Of a stretch of DNA of 58,311 bases, positions 18,445 through 28,010 are shown one piece after another. The stretch is from contig NZID01000063.1 in the NCBI GenBank assembly GCA_002691605.1, positions 1 through 58,311 of the forward strand. The letters are read 5' to 3'. The position numbers and the translations under genes are program-made. The notes beneath the pieces were generated by a model. The model saw only the letters and a list, made by a program, of their open reading frames with translations, had not been told where the DNA came from and made no database searches. Numbering within the stretch: position 1 is the first letter of the stretch; every line of letters begins with the position of its first letter. The stretch is from Crocinitomicaceae bacterium. Its GTDB lineage: Bacteria > Bacteroidota > Bacteroidia > Flavobacteriales_D > Parvicellaceae.

Positions 18445-19188
18445 ATGGAAATTCATCCTTTTTTAGCTGAATTTATTGGTTCAGCGATTCTTCTTTTTCT
18501 AGGTAATGGAGTGGTAGCAAATTTAAATTTGAATAAAACATATGGCTACCAACAAAGCCCTATTCTTCTAATTGCATTTGCATGGGGTTTTGCTGTATTT
18601 GTAGCAGCTTTTGTGACTTCACAATCCAGTGGAGCTCATCTAAATCCTGCAGTAACTCTTGGACTTGCTATTGTGGGAAAATTTTCATGGGATTTAGTTT
18701 TGATTTATTTTTTTGCTCAACTTTCAGGTGCCATGTTCGGTACTTGGTTAACCTATTTATTTTATATAGATCATTATAGAATAACGGAAAATGAAAATGT
18801 GATAAGATCTACATTTTGTACTGCACCGGCTATTAGAAACTTAAAAAACAATATTTTTTCTGAAATATTGGGAACATTTATTTTAGTTTTTGGAGTGATA
18901 TGTATTGTGAGTCCCAATATTGAAATTGAGAATTCCAACGTTCAAAACTTTGGTATAGGATCTCTTGAGAGTCTTCCTGTGGGAATCTTAATTATTGTAA
19001 TTGGGATGGCTTTAGGTGGAACTACGGGGTATGCGATTAATCCAGCTAGAGATTTTGGACCAAGATTGGTTTATTCTCTTTTACCTAGAAAAAATAAAAA
19101 ACCAGATTGGTCTTACAGCTTCGTCCCCGTTTTAGGTCCATTTATAGGAGCTATTTTAGCTTCTTTGTTATTCAATTTAATCACTTAA
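18445..19188 (+). CDS. glpF: aquaglyceroporin (glycerol uptake facilitator)
   Basis: Two NPA boxes (HLNPAVT, INPARD) and six TM helices. Starts 1 nt after the glpK stop. Confidence 0.9.
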   Translation: MEIHPFLAEFIGSAILLFLGNGVVANLNLNKTYGYQQSPILLIAFAWGFAVFVAAFVTSQSSGAHLNPAVTLGLAIVGKFSWDLVLIYFFAQLSGAMFGTWLTYLFYIDHYRITENENVIRSTFCTAPAIRNLKNNIFSEILGTFILVFGVICIVSPNIEIENSNVQNFGIGSLESLPVGILIIVIGMALGGTTGYAINPARDFGPRLVYSLLPRKNKKPDWSYSFVPVLGPFIGAILASLLFNLIT

Positions 19189-20003
19189 AAATTTAATTGT
19201 TTCTTTACATAATTCTTCAAGAACTGAAGGTAGCACTTTCTTGTCCCAGGGATGTTTAGAAGAAAATGTATGATTCGTTCTAAAAGATTTTATTTTAGAA
19301 TTAGATACTAATTTGTTCATCTTAAACGCAGAATCATTGGAAATTACTTTATCCAATGATCCATAGCAGACTAAAAATTTTCCTCTAAACTCTGATAATG
19401 ATTTTCTTATATCAAGCAAGTTTCTATTTCGAATAAAATCTTCATAAAATTGATAATCCTGAGGATATATTTCTCCAGTTCTTTTATTTATGATATTACG
19501 CGTCACTTTATTTTTCCAAATAAAAAGCTTTTTTTAGAAGGGAATCTTTCTTCAAAGTTCGCAACTCCAGCCCAGGTAACTAATTTAGTTATCTCAGGAT
19601 GATTTTGAGTTGCTAAACAAGCAATTCCTCCTCCTCTACTATGACCAATTAAATATAAATTATTATGATTTAATATTGATTTTGATGATTTAACATAGTT
19701 TATAACTCTGCTAAGATCCTGAAGTTCAATAGAATAATTATTATTTCTAAATGCATTAAAATCAGTAATTTCTGACGGATTACTTACAGTAGTTCCATTA
19801 TGAGAAAAATTAAATTTCAAAAAATTAAAACCTCTTTGACAGAAATAATTGGAAACTAAATTCCAACAACCCCAATCTTTAAAACCTTTAAATCCATGAC
19901 AAAAAATAATTAAATTTTTATTTGTATTATTAAAACTAAAATCTCCAGAAATAGGTAAATTATGAAAGGAATTAGCTTCGATAATAAAGGATTGCTTATG
20001 CAA
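19177..20003 (-). pseudogene. alpha/beta hydrolase interrupted by a frameshift (two ORFs: 19503..20003 and 19177..19506)
   Basis: The upstream ORF carries the oxyanion HGF and nucleophile elbow GHSRGG. The downstream ORF has only a GTG start overlapping the stop (GTGA) and carries the acid/His part (GSLDKV ... TNHTF). Its frame is open back to 19533, next to an A7 run (19529..19535) and an A5 run (19511..19515) on the coding strand. Confidence 0.6.
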
Positions 20004-20007
20004 TTAT

Positions 20008-20442
20008 TTATTCTAAAATTTTAATGGAATTAATTTTATCGCCTTCAACAATTTCGTTGATCACATCCAATCCATCTACTACTTTCCCAAAACAAGTGTG
20101 ATTTCGATCTAAATGAGATGTATTATTTCTGCTATGGCAGATAAAAAATTGTGATCCACCAGTATTTCGTCCTGCATGAGCCATTGATAGTACACCAGTA
20201 TCATGGTATTGATTGTCACCATCTAACTCACAATCTATAGAATAGCCAGGACCACCAACACCTGTCCCCTGAGGACATCCTCCCTGTATAACAAAATCCG
20301 GTATTACTCGATGAAAAGTCAGACCGTCGTAAAAACCTTTTTCACTTAAATCAATAAAATTTTGAACTGTTTTTGGAGCATCTTTTTCATAAAATTTTAC
20401 TTCCATTTTACCTTTTTCGGTATCAATTATTGCTTTTTTCAT
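20008..20442 (-). CDS. cyclophilin-type peptidyl-prolyl cis-trans isomerase
   Basis: [20 protein letters not shown] and the overall cyclophilin fold; 144 aa. Confidence 0.9.
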   Translation of the reverse strand: MKKAIIDTEKGKMEVKFYEKDAPKTVQNFIDLSEKGFYDGLTFHRVIPDFVIQGGCPQGTGVGGPGYSIDCELDGDNQYHDTGVLSMAHAGRNTGGSQFFICHSRNNTSHLDRNHTCFGKVVDGLDVINEIVEGDKINSIKILE

Positions 20443-20451
20443 ATTCTATAT

Positions 20452-22140
20452 TTATCTAGTTAACTTTTTATATTTTATTCTAGTTGGAATAATATCATTT
20501 CTTAACCTCTTTTTTCTATTTTCTTCATAATCAGAATAACCTCCTTCAAAAAAGTATATTTCTGAATTTCCTTCAAATGCTAAAATGTGTGTACAAATTC
20601 GATCTAAAAACCACCTGTCATGTGATATTACCACTGCACAACCTGCAAAGTTTTCAATTCCTTCTTCTAATGCTCTTAAAGTATTTACATCTATATCATT
20701 AGTTGGTTCATCTAACAAAAGAACATTTGCTTCTGTTTTAAGAGTCATTGCTAGGTGCAATCTGTTCCTTTCACCACCAGAAAGAATTCCTACTTTTTTT
20801 TGTTGATCTGCCCCATTAAAATTAAATTTTGAAACATAGGCCCTTGAATTAATTGACTGTCCTCCAATTTCTATTACTTCATTGCCGCCACTAATTACTT
20901 CCCAAACTGATAGATTTTCATCTATTGTTTTGTGCCTTTGATCTACATATCCAATTTTAACTGTTTGTCCTACTTTGAATTCACCAACATCTGCTTTCTC
21001 TTCTTTCATAATCATTTTAAAGAGAGTTGTTTTACCAGCTCCATTAGGACCTATTATTCCTACAATGCCAGCAGGTGGTAAATTAAAGTTTAAATTTTCA
21101 TATAAAAGTTTATCTTCATAACCTTTTGCAACATTTATAGCTTGAATAACATCATTTCCAAGTCTTGGACCATTTGGAATAGGAATTTCAATTTTAACTT
21201 CTTTTTCTTTAATAGATTGACTCATTAAATTATTATAATTATTAAGTCTAGCTTTTCCTTTAGACTGCCTTCCTTTTTGTCCCTTTCTTACCCATTCTAA
21301 TTCTCTATCCAAAGCCTTTTTCCTTTTACTTTCTGTCTTTTCTTCTTGAGATAATCTTTTTGATTTTTGTTCGAGCCACGAGCTATAATTTCCTTTAAAT
21401 GGTATTCCCTTGCCTCTGTCCAATTCCAAAATCCAGCCTGCAACATTATCTAAAAAATACCGATCATGCGTTACAGCAATTACAGTTCCTTTATAATTTT
21501 GCAAATGTTGTTCTAACCAATGTACAGATTCCGCGTCTAAATGATTTGTGGGTTCATCTAGTAAAAGAATATCCGGTTGTTGTAATAATAACCTACAAAG
21601 AGCTACTCTTCTTCTTTCTCCTCCTGAAAGGTTTTTGATTGATGTGGTACCTTCTGGAGTTCTCAAAGCATCCATCGCTAATTTTAGTTTAGAATCTAAA
21701 TCCCATGCGCCAACTTGGTCAATTTGCTCTTGAATTTTGCCTTGAAGTTCAATAAGTTCATTCATTTTATCAGGATTATTGATGACTTCTTCATCCATAA
21801 ACTGTTTGTTGATTTCATCATATTTTTTTAATAAATCAACTGTTTCCTGAGCTCCTTCTTCAACAATTTCTCTTACAGTTTTATTTTCATCTAAAATCGG
21901 TTCTTGCTCTAAGTACCCCACTTTATATCCAGGTGAAAAAACTACTTCCCCTTGATAACTTTTGTCAATACCCGCAATAATTTTCATCACGGTAGATTTA
22001 CCTGCACCATTTAAACCTAAAATCCCAATTTTAGCACCATAATAAAATGACAAATGAATGTCTTTAATGATTTGTTTTCCTTGAGGGGTTTCTTTACTAA
22101 CCTTAACCATGGAAAAAATGATTTTTTTATCATCTGACAT
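20452..22140 (-). CDS. ettA: energy-dependent translational throttle protein EttA (ABC-F)
   Basis: Two ABC cassettes (GLNGAGKST/LSGGERRR and GPNGAGKTT/LSGGERNR) with an inter-domain linker. I prefer the ATG at 22140 (MSDDKKIIFSM) to the TTG at 22155. Confidence 0.9.
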   Translation of the reverse strand: MSDDKKIIFSMVKVSKETPQGKQIIKDIHLSFYYGAKIGILGLNGAGKSTVMKIIAGIDKSYQGEVVFSPGYKVGYLEQEPILDENKTVREIVEEGAQETVDLLKKYDEINKQFMDEEVINNPDKMNELIELQGKIQEQIDQVGAWDLDSKLKLAMDALRTPEGTTSIKNLSGGERRRVALCRLLLQQPDILLLDEPTNHLDAESVHWLEQHLQNYKGTVIAVTHDRYFLDNVAGWILELDRGKGIPFKGNYSSWLEQKSKRLSQEEKTESKRKKALDRELEWVRKGQKGRQSKGKARLNNYNNLMSQSIKEKEVKIEIPIPNGPRLGNDVIQAINVAKGYEDKLLYENLNFNLPPAGIVGIIGPNGAGKTTLFKMIMKEEKADVGEFKVGQTVKIGYVDQRHKTIDENLSVWEVISGGNEVIEIGGQSINSRAYVSKFNFNGADQQKKVGILSGGERNRLHLAMTLKTEANVLLLDEPTNDIDVNTLRALEEGIENFAGCAVVISHDRWFLDRICTHILAFEGNSEIYFFEGGYSDYEENRKKRLRNDIIPTRIKYKKLTR

Positions 22141-22166
22141 AAAAATAATTTTCAATTTTTAAAAAA

Positions 22167-23282
22167 CTATAACTCAATATATAAATCATTAAACTTTTTA
22201 CCTACTACTTCTTCTGAATAATAATCTAATGCGTATTTTCTAATTTTCTCAGGAATATAATTGTTATAGTTTTGAAACATCAATTCCATTTGTTTAGATA
22301 AATTTTTGATGTCACCTGGGTCAACTAAGACGCCCACTTCTTTGTCATACAATTCGGAAATTCCTCCGACATTTGAGGAGATAAATGGAATACCTGATGC
22401 CATGCATTCAATTAAAACTAATGGAAGATTTTCTATATTACTAAATAATACAAAAACATTTGCCAACTGCATTTCTTTAGCAATATCACTGTACACCATT
22501 TCCCCTTTTAGAACTATTGAATTTCTAGAAGGCAAAATATTAATCTTTTTAGTTATCCATTCTAATGGTCCATCCCCTATAATTTTTAGAGTGCAATTAG
22601 GGATATTTAACTGATCAAAAGCTTCTATAATTCCAGAGATATTTTTGATAGAATCGTCTAAAGTTGAAATATGTAAAAATGTAAAAGATTTGGATTTTTG
22701 GACTTTGCTAATATTGAAGATATTAGTATTAACCACATTGGGAATAACTTTATAATTGGCTGAGAAGCCCGCTTGAATCATGCAATTTTTTAATTGAATT
22801 GAAACAGGACAAATAAAACTTGATTTTTTAAAACCATGATTAATAAAAAATCGTTGTAAAAAACTTAACTTATATTTAGATAAATCTTGAAAGCCATGCC
22901 AATTTTCAGAAACTATATAAGGAATTTGATATCTGATTTTTAAATATAATGCTTGCCATATTCCTGGATGAATTATATTCATATGTACTACATCAAAGTG
23001 GAGGGCTTTAGATTTAGTGTAAAAATTAAAACCAATTAAAAATGCTTTAAAATAGTTAAAATACTTAAAAAAACCTCTTTTAAAATAAACAATTGTAATT
23101 ACTAAATTATTCTCATTTGAGGTAACTAATTCATAATTTTCAATAGAATCATCAGCAACAATATACAATACAAATATGTTATTAAATTTTGCGGAAGCAT
23201 GAGCATGATATTTTACAAAATTTCCTAAAGTATTATGAACTCTACTTGGAAACCATGAAGATAAAAATAAAACATTTTTCAT
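22167..23282 (-). CDS. glycosyltransferase family 4
   Basis: GT-B fold with a C-terminal E-x7-E-like region (ENLPLVLIECMASGIPFISSNVGGISE). First ATG is at 23282; the track start is a TTG. Confidence 0.75.
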   Translation of the reverse strand: MKNVLFLSSWFPSRVHNTLGNFVKYHAHASAKFNNIFVLYIVADDSIENYELVTSNENNLVITIVYFKRGFFKYFNYFKAFLIGFNFYTKSKALHFDVVHMNIIHPGIWQALYLKIRYQIPYIVSENWHGFQDLSKYKLSFLQRFFINHGFKKSSFICPVSIQLKNCMIQAGFSANYKVIPNVVNTNIFNISKVQKSKSFTFLHISTLDDSIKNISGIIEAFDQLNIPNCTLKIIGDGPLEWITKKINILPSRNSIVLKGEMVYSDIAKEMQLANVFVLFSNIENLPLVLIECMASGIPFISSNVGGISELYDKEVGVLVDPGDIKNLSKQMELMFQNYNNYIPEKIRKYALDYYSEEVVGKKFNDLYIEL

Positions 23283-23297
23283 TAGAAAATATTGCAA

Positions 23298-25925
23298 TCA
23301 ATCATTCAAATTTTTTAATCTTGTTTCTAGTATTTTAATTTGTTTTTGGGCATCGTCTTTTTTCTTTAATTCTAATTCTACTACATTTTTTGGGGCATTT
23401 TCTACAAATCTTTTATTATTTAATTTTTTAAGAACACTTGATAAAAACCCTTTTTTATTCTCAATTTCTTTAGAAATATTAAGAATCTGTGCTTTAAAGT
23501 TTATGGATTCTGTAAAAGGAACAAAAAATTCATTATTACTGACTATAAACGAATAGGATCTAGGAATAGAATCTTTAGAAAAGTGGATAAAAGATAGATT
23601 ACATATTTTAACTAATAAAGAATCAAAATGGCTGGACCAATTGTTATTAATTTTAATATGTAACTCCAATAATACTTTGTTAGAAATATTATTTTCTTTT
23701 CTTAAATTTCTAATACTCATAACCACTTCTTGAAAATTATTGAATTCCGTAAGTACTAAAGGATCAAATTTTAGATTGGTTGGCCATGAGGCATTCACTA
23801 TATAAGTGTTATTTCTATTTTTAAGTTGCTGCCATATTTCTTCTGCTATAAATGGGGTGAATGGATGAACTATTTTTAACAAAGATTCTAATATTTTTAC
23901 TACCGATTGATAAGTGATTTGATCAATTGGCTGTTGGTAATCTGGTTTTACCATTTCTAAAAACCAAGAACAATAATCATCCCAAATAGTTTTGTAAGTA
24001 ATCATTAAAGCTTCAGATATTCTAAATTGATCATAGGAGTTATTAATTTTTTCTATGTTTTCAGCAATTTTAGATTCAATCCATTTTAAGGCAATCTTTG
24101 AAGAATCTTCTTGAGATACCTCATCACTTACCGTCCAAGACTGAATTAATCTAAAAGAATTCCATATTTTATTTGTGAAATTTCTTCCTTGTTCGCACAA
24201 ATTACTATCAAATAATAAATCATTTCCAGCTGGTGAAGAAAGAAGCATACCCACTCTAACTCCGTCTGCACCATATTTTTTAATTAATTCTAAGGGATCA
24301 GGGCTATTTCCCAATGACTTAGACATCTTTCTTCCTAATTGATCTCTAACTATTCCTGTAAAATAAACATTTTTAAATGGAGGCTTGTTTTCGTATTCAT
24401 ATCCAGAAATAATCATTCTAGCAACCCAAAAAAACATGATTTCTGGAGCCGTTACTAAATCATTGGTTGGAAAATAATAATCTAATTCTTTTTTATCGTT
24501 AGAAAAACCATTAAAAACTGCAATAGGCCAAATCCAAGAAGAGAACCAAGTGTCCATCACATCTTCGTCTTGAATTAAATCATCTAATGAATATTTTTTT
24601 TCAGATTTATTATTTAACTTTTTTAATGCTTCTTCTTTAGTTGGAGCAACAATAAAGTCTTCTTTTCCATCTCCATAGAAAAATGCAGGTATTTGATGTC
24701 CCCACCATAATTGTCTTGAAATACACCAATCTCTTACATTTTCCATCCAATGTCTATAAGTATTTTTAAACTTTGATGGGTAAAATTTTATAGTATCATT
24801 TAAAACATTATCTAAGGCTGGTTTACTTAATTTTTCCATAGAACAAAACCACTGAAGAGACAATCTAGGTTCTATTATAGCATCCGTTCTTTCCGAAAAA
24901 CCAATTTTATTAATATGATCTTCTATTTTAATTAAATAACCGGAATCTTCTAATTCTTTCGAAATAGATTTTCTTACATCAAACCTATCTTCGCCCACAT
25001 ATAATTGGGCATTTTCATTCAATTTTGCTGAAGAATCTAAAATATTAATTACTTCTAGTTGATGTTTTTTTCCTAGGTCGTAATCATTAGAATCATGGGC
25101 TGGAGTAATTTTTAAACATCCTGTACCAAACTCCATATCCACATAATCATCAAAAATAATAGGAATAATTCTATTAATTAATGGAACGATGACCTTCTGT
25201 CCCTTTAAGTGAGTATATCTCTCATCATTAGGGTTGATGCAAATAGCCGTATCACCCAAAATAGTTTCTGGTCTTGTAGTAGCGACTTGAACCCATTCAT
25301 CTTCAGAATCTTCAACTTTATATCTTATATAATACAATTTCGAGTTGACTTCTTTAAAGAAAACTTCTTCATCACTTAATGCAGTTTTAGCTAAAGGATC
25401 CCAATTTATCATCCTTTCTCCTCGATATATTAGTCCTTTTTCATGAAGGTCACAGAATACTTTAATTACGCTGCTATAATATTTTTCATTCATTGTAAAA
25501 TTAGTCCTGTCCCAATCACAAGACGCCCCAAGTTTTTTTAACTGATTTAGGATTACTCCACCATGTATATTAGTCCATTCCCAAGCATGGTTTAAAAATT
25601 CTTTTCTGCTAAGATCCCCCTTCTTAATTCCATCTTTTCTCAGTTTTTGAACCACTTTTGCTTCAGTAGCTATTGAAGCATGATCGGTTCCAGGAACCCA
25701 ACATGCATTTTTACCAAACATTCTAGCTCTTCTAACTAGCACGTCTTGAATAGTATTATTGAGCATATGTCCCATATGTAAAACACCTGTAACATTAGGT
25801 GGAGGAATTACAACAGTGTAGGAATCTCTTTCGTCCGGTAATGATTTAAATAATTCTTCATCAAGCCATTTTTGATACCATTTCTCTTCTGAAATTGAAG
25901 GATCATATGTTTTTGAAATTTCCAT
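23298..25925 (-). CDS. valS: valine--tRNA ligase
   Basis: HIGH-type motif (PPNVTGVLHMGHML), KMSKS, an editing domain and a C-terminal coiled coil; 875 aa. Confidence 0.95.
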   Translation of the reverse strand: MEISKTYDPSISEEKWYQKWLDEELFKSLPDERDSYTVVIPPPNVTGVLHMGHMLNNTIQDVLVRRARMFGKNACWVPGTDHASIATEAKVVQKLRKDGIKKGDLSRKEFLNHAWEWTNIHGGVILNQLKKLGASCDWDRTNFTMNEKYYSSVIKVFCDLHEKGLIYRGERMINWDPLAKTALSDEEVFFKEVNSKLYYIRYKVEDSEDEWVQVATTRPETILGDTAICINPNDERYTHLKGQKVIVPLINRIIPIIFDDYVDMEFGTGCLKITPAHDSNDYDLGKKHQLEVINILDSSAKLNENAQLYVGEDRFDVRKSISKELEDSGYLIKIEDHINKIGFSERTDAIIEPRLSLQWFCSMEKLSKPALDNVLNDTIKFYPSKFKNTYRHWMENVRDWCISRQLWWGHQIPAFFYGDGKEDFIVAPTKEEALKKLNNKSEKKYSLDDLIQDEDVMDTWFSSWIWPIAVFNGFSNDKKELDYYFPTNDLVTAPEIMFFWVARMIISGYEYENKPPFKNVYFTGIVRDQLGRKMSKSLGNSPDPLELIKKYGADGVRVGMLLSSPAGNDLLFDSNLCEQGRNFTNKIWNSFRLIQSWTVSDEVSQEDSSKIALKWIESKIAENIEKINNSYDQFRISEALMITYKTIWDDYCSWFLEMVKPDYQQPIDQITYQSVVKILESLLKIVHPFTPFIAEEIWQQLKNRNNTYIVNASWPTNLKFDPLVLTEFNNFQEVVMSIRNLRKENNISNKVLLELHIKINNNWSSHFDSLLVKICNLSFIHFSKDSIPRSYSFIVSNNEFFVPFTESINFKAQILNISKEIENKKGFLSSVLKKLNNKRFVENAPKNVVELELKKKDDAQKQIKILETRLKNLND

Positions 25926-25943
25926 TTAATATTGTAAGTATCA

Positions 25944-25951
25944 CAAAAGTA
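25944..25951 (-). promoter_or_regulatory. putative -7 box (TAnnTTTG) for valS
   Basis: TACTTTTG on the coding strand, 18 nt upstream of the ATG at 25925. Confidence 0.4.
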
Positions 25952-25990
25952 ATTTTACATTTTTAAACTTATAGATATTATTGTTAATTT

Positions 25991-26551
25991 TTAAGATTTA
26001 ATCCAATTTTTTAAAATTTGCTGTCCATTTTCAGTTAGAATACTCTCAGGGTGAAATTGAATGCCATAAATATTTAAATCTTTATGTTTAAATGCCATAA
26101 CATTATTTTCATAATCAACTGCAGAAACCACAAAAAAATTAGGAAGTTTTTTAATTATCCAGGAATGATAATGGCCTATTAAAAAATTTTGAGGAAGATC
26201 TTTAAATAATATTTCGTGATTTAAAACTTGCAATTTAGTTTGGATTCCATGTCTGACCTTTAGAAGATTAAATAAACTTGCACCAAAATATTCGCCTATT
26301 GCTTGAAAGCCTAAACAGACACCTAATATATTATTTGTAAGGTAATATTTATCAATAACCTTTAAAAGTTCCTCATTATCACTTGGCAGGCCAGGACCTG
26401 GTGAAAGTAAAATTTTATGATTATTTGAAATTTTATTGTGTAAAATGCGATCATTTCTAAAAACTAATAATTCTTTACAATATGGTTCTAAATAATGAAC
26501 TAAATTATATGTAAAAGAGTCGTAATTATCAATTATTATTAATTTACTCAA
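25991..26551 (-). CDS. anthranilate/aminodeoxychorismate synthase component II (class I glutamine amidotransferase, TrpG/PabA type)
   Basis: Catalytic GVCLGFQ, the HSW motif (GHYHSW) and GIQFHPES; 186 aa. Confidence 0.85.
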   Translation of the reverse strand: MSKLIIIDNYDSFTYNLVHYLEPYCKELLVFRNDRILHNKISNNHKILLSPGPGLPSDNEELLKVIDKYYLTNNILGVCLGFQAIGEYFGASLFNLLKVRHGIQTKLQVLNHEILFKDLPQNFLIGHYHSWIIKKLPNFFVVSAVDYENNVMAFKHKDLNIYGIQFHPESILTENGQQILKNWIKS

Positions 26552-26616
26552 AATTTATTTTTTAATCAACTTTTAAAAATTTTACCACTTTAAAACAATA
26601 ATAATAACTTAGTTTA

Positions 26617-27477
26617 ATGAATTTCATATTCTACTACTTTTTTATTTTACCTATCTCCTATTTACCGAAATATTTTCTGTATTTTTTTTCTAATTTATTA
26701 TATGTCTTTTTAGCAAGAGTTTTAAAGTATAGAAAAAAAATAATACATAAAAATCTAAAAAATTCATTTCCTGAAAAAACTGAAAATGAAATTTTTGAAA
26801 TAAGAAATAACTTTTACAAACATTTTTGTGATTTAATTGTAGAAAGTTTCAGAGGCTTTTCCATTTCAATAAAGTCAATTGAGCAAAAAATCACTATAAA
26901 AAATCAAGATCTATTAAACGATTTTGCAGAAAAAGGTCAAAATATAATTCTTATTGGTGGCCATTATAATAATTGGGAAATGACGGCTCAAAGGATGCCA
27001 CTGGTTTTTAAGCATGATCTTTTCGCTATATATAAACCACTTAAAAATAAGTTCTTTGATAGAAAAATGAAATCTTCAAGAGAAAAGTTTGGATTAAATA
27101 TGATTTCAATGAAAGAAACGAAAGCTTATTTTAATAATGAAACAGATACCCCAAGAGCAATTATTTTTGGTTCAGATCAAAGTCCTTCTAATTCCAAAAA
27201 AGCCTATTGGACAAAATTTTTAAACCAAGATAGTGCGTTTTTATATGGCGCAGAGAAATATGCAAAATCCTTTAATTGGCCTGTAATTTATGTTAGTATA
27301 AATAAAATAAAAAGAGGTGATTATTTAGTAGAATACCAACTAATTACTCAAAAACCTAAAGAGGAATCCTATGGTGAAATTATAAAAAAGTTTGCCTTTT
27401 TATTAGAATCTGATATCAAAAATCAACCAGAATATTGGCTATGGACACATAATAGATGGAAAAAGAAAAAGATATAA
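26617..27477 (+). CDS. LpxL/HtrB-family lipid A (lysophospholipid) acyltransferase
   Basis: N-terminal membrane anchor, the H-x-x-N-W-E catalytic motif (GGHYNNWE), and a size typical of late lipid A acyltransferases. Confidence 0.7.
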   Translation: MNFIFYYFFILPISYLPKYFLYFFSNLLYVFLARVLKYRKKIIHKNLKNSFPEKTENEIFEIRNNFYKHFCDLIVESFRGFSISIKSIEQKITIKNQDLLNDFAEKGQNIILIGGHYNNWEMTAQRMPLVFKHDLFAIYKPLKNKFFDRKMKSSREKFGLNMISMKETKAYFNNETDTPRAIIFGSDQSPSNSKKAYWTKFLNQDSAFLYGAEKYAKSFNWPVIYVSINKIKRGDYLVEYQLITQKPKEESYGEIIKKFAFLLESDIKNQPEYWLWTHNRWKKKKI

Positions 27478-27629
27478 ATAATTGATTTATAGTTATTTAT
27501 CCATTTTTAAATATATACAAATGATATTAAACGAATATTAAATATTTATTACACGACTTTTATTTTTTTTTGAATTTTAATTTGCATCGTCGAATAACCG
27601 ACAATTTGTTAATCTAAAAATCAATAAAC

Positions 27630-27962
27630 ATGAAAAACATCAGAAATAAAGTTCAGTTAATAGGAAACGTAGGGAATGATCCTCAATTAGAAACTACTAA
27701 AAATGGTAATAAATACTTAAAACTTTCTATTGCTACCAATAATACTTATACAAATAAAGAAGGTGAAAAAGTCAAAGATACGCAATGGCACCCAGTACTG
27801 TTTTGGGGTAAAAAAGCTGAAATTGCCAAAAAATATGTAGTAAAAGGGCAAGAAATATATGTAGAAGGTTCTTTAAATTATAGAAATTATGATGATGACG
27901 ACGGAAATAAAAAGTATGTTTTTGAAATTATTAGTAACGAACTGCTTTTATTAAATAAATAA
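27630..27962 (+). CDS. ssb: single-stranded DNA-binding protein, OB-fold only (no C-terminal acidic tail)
   Basis: NKVQLIGNVGNDPQL...TQWHPVLFWGKKAE...VEGSLNYRNY matches the SSB OB fold. The protein ends at residue 110 (..ELLLLNK) without the Gly/Pro-rich linker or the acidic D-D-D-(I/L)-P-F tip. Confidence 0.8.
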   Translation: MKNIRNKVQLIGNVGNDPQLETTKNGNKYLKLSIATNNTYTNKEGEKVKDTQWHPVLFWGKKAEIAKKYVVKGQEIYVEGSLNYRNYDDDDGNKKYVFEIISNELLLLNK

Positions 27963-27981
27963 GAATCATTAAAATGTAAAT

Positions 27982-28010
27982 AAAATAAGGAGCAAGAGCT
28001 CCTTATTTTT
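27982..28010. terminator. bidirectional intrinsic terminator hairpin between ssb and the convergent glycosyltransferase gene
   Basis: A perfect 12-bp stem (27982..27993 AAAATAAGGAGC / 27998..28009 GCTCCTTATTTT) with a 4-nt loop (AAGA). It is flanked by an A-run on one side and a T-run on the other, so it reads as hairpin plus U-tract on both strands. Confidence 0.7.

Noticed and set aside
22306-22614. 102-aa ORF antisense to the GT4 gene, and a similar 102-aa antisense ORF at 38467..38775 inside ychF
   Set aside because: Both lie wholly inside strongly supported genes on the opposite strand. Their translations are low-complexity (Ser/Ile/Phe/Lys-rich) with no recognisable motifs, as expected for shadow frames of real genes.
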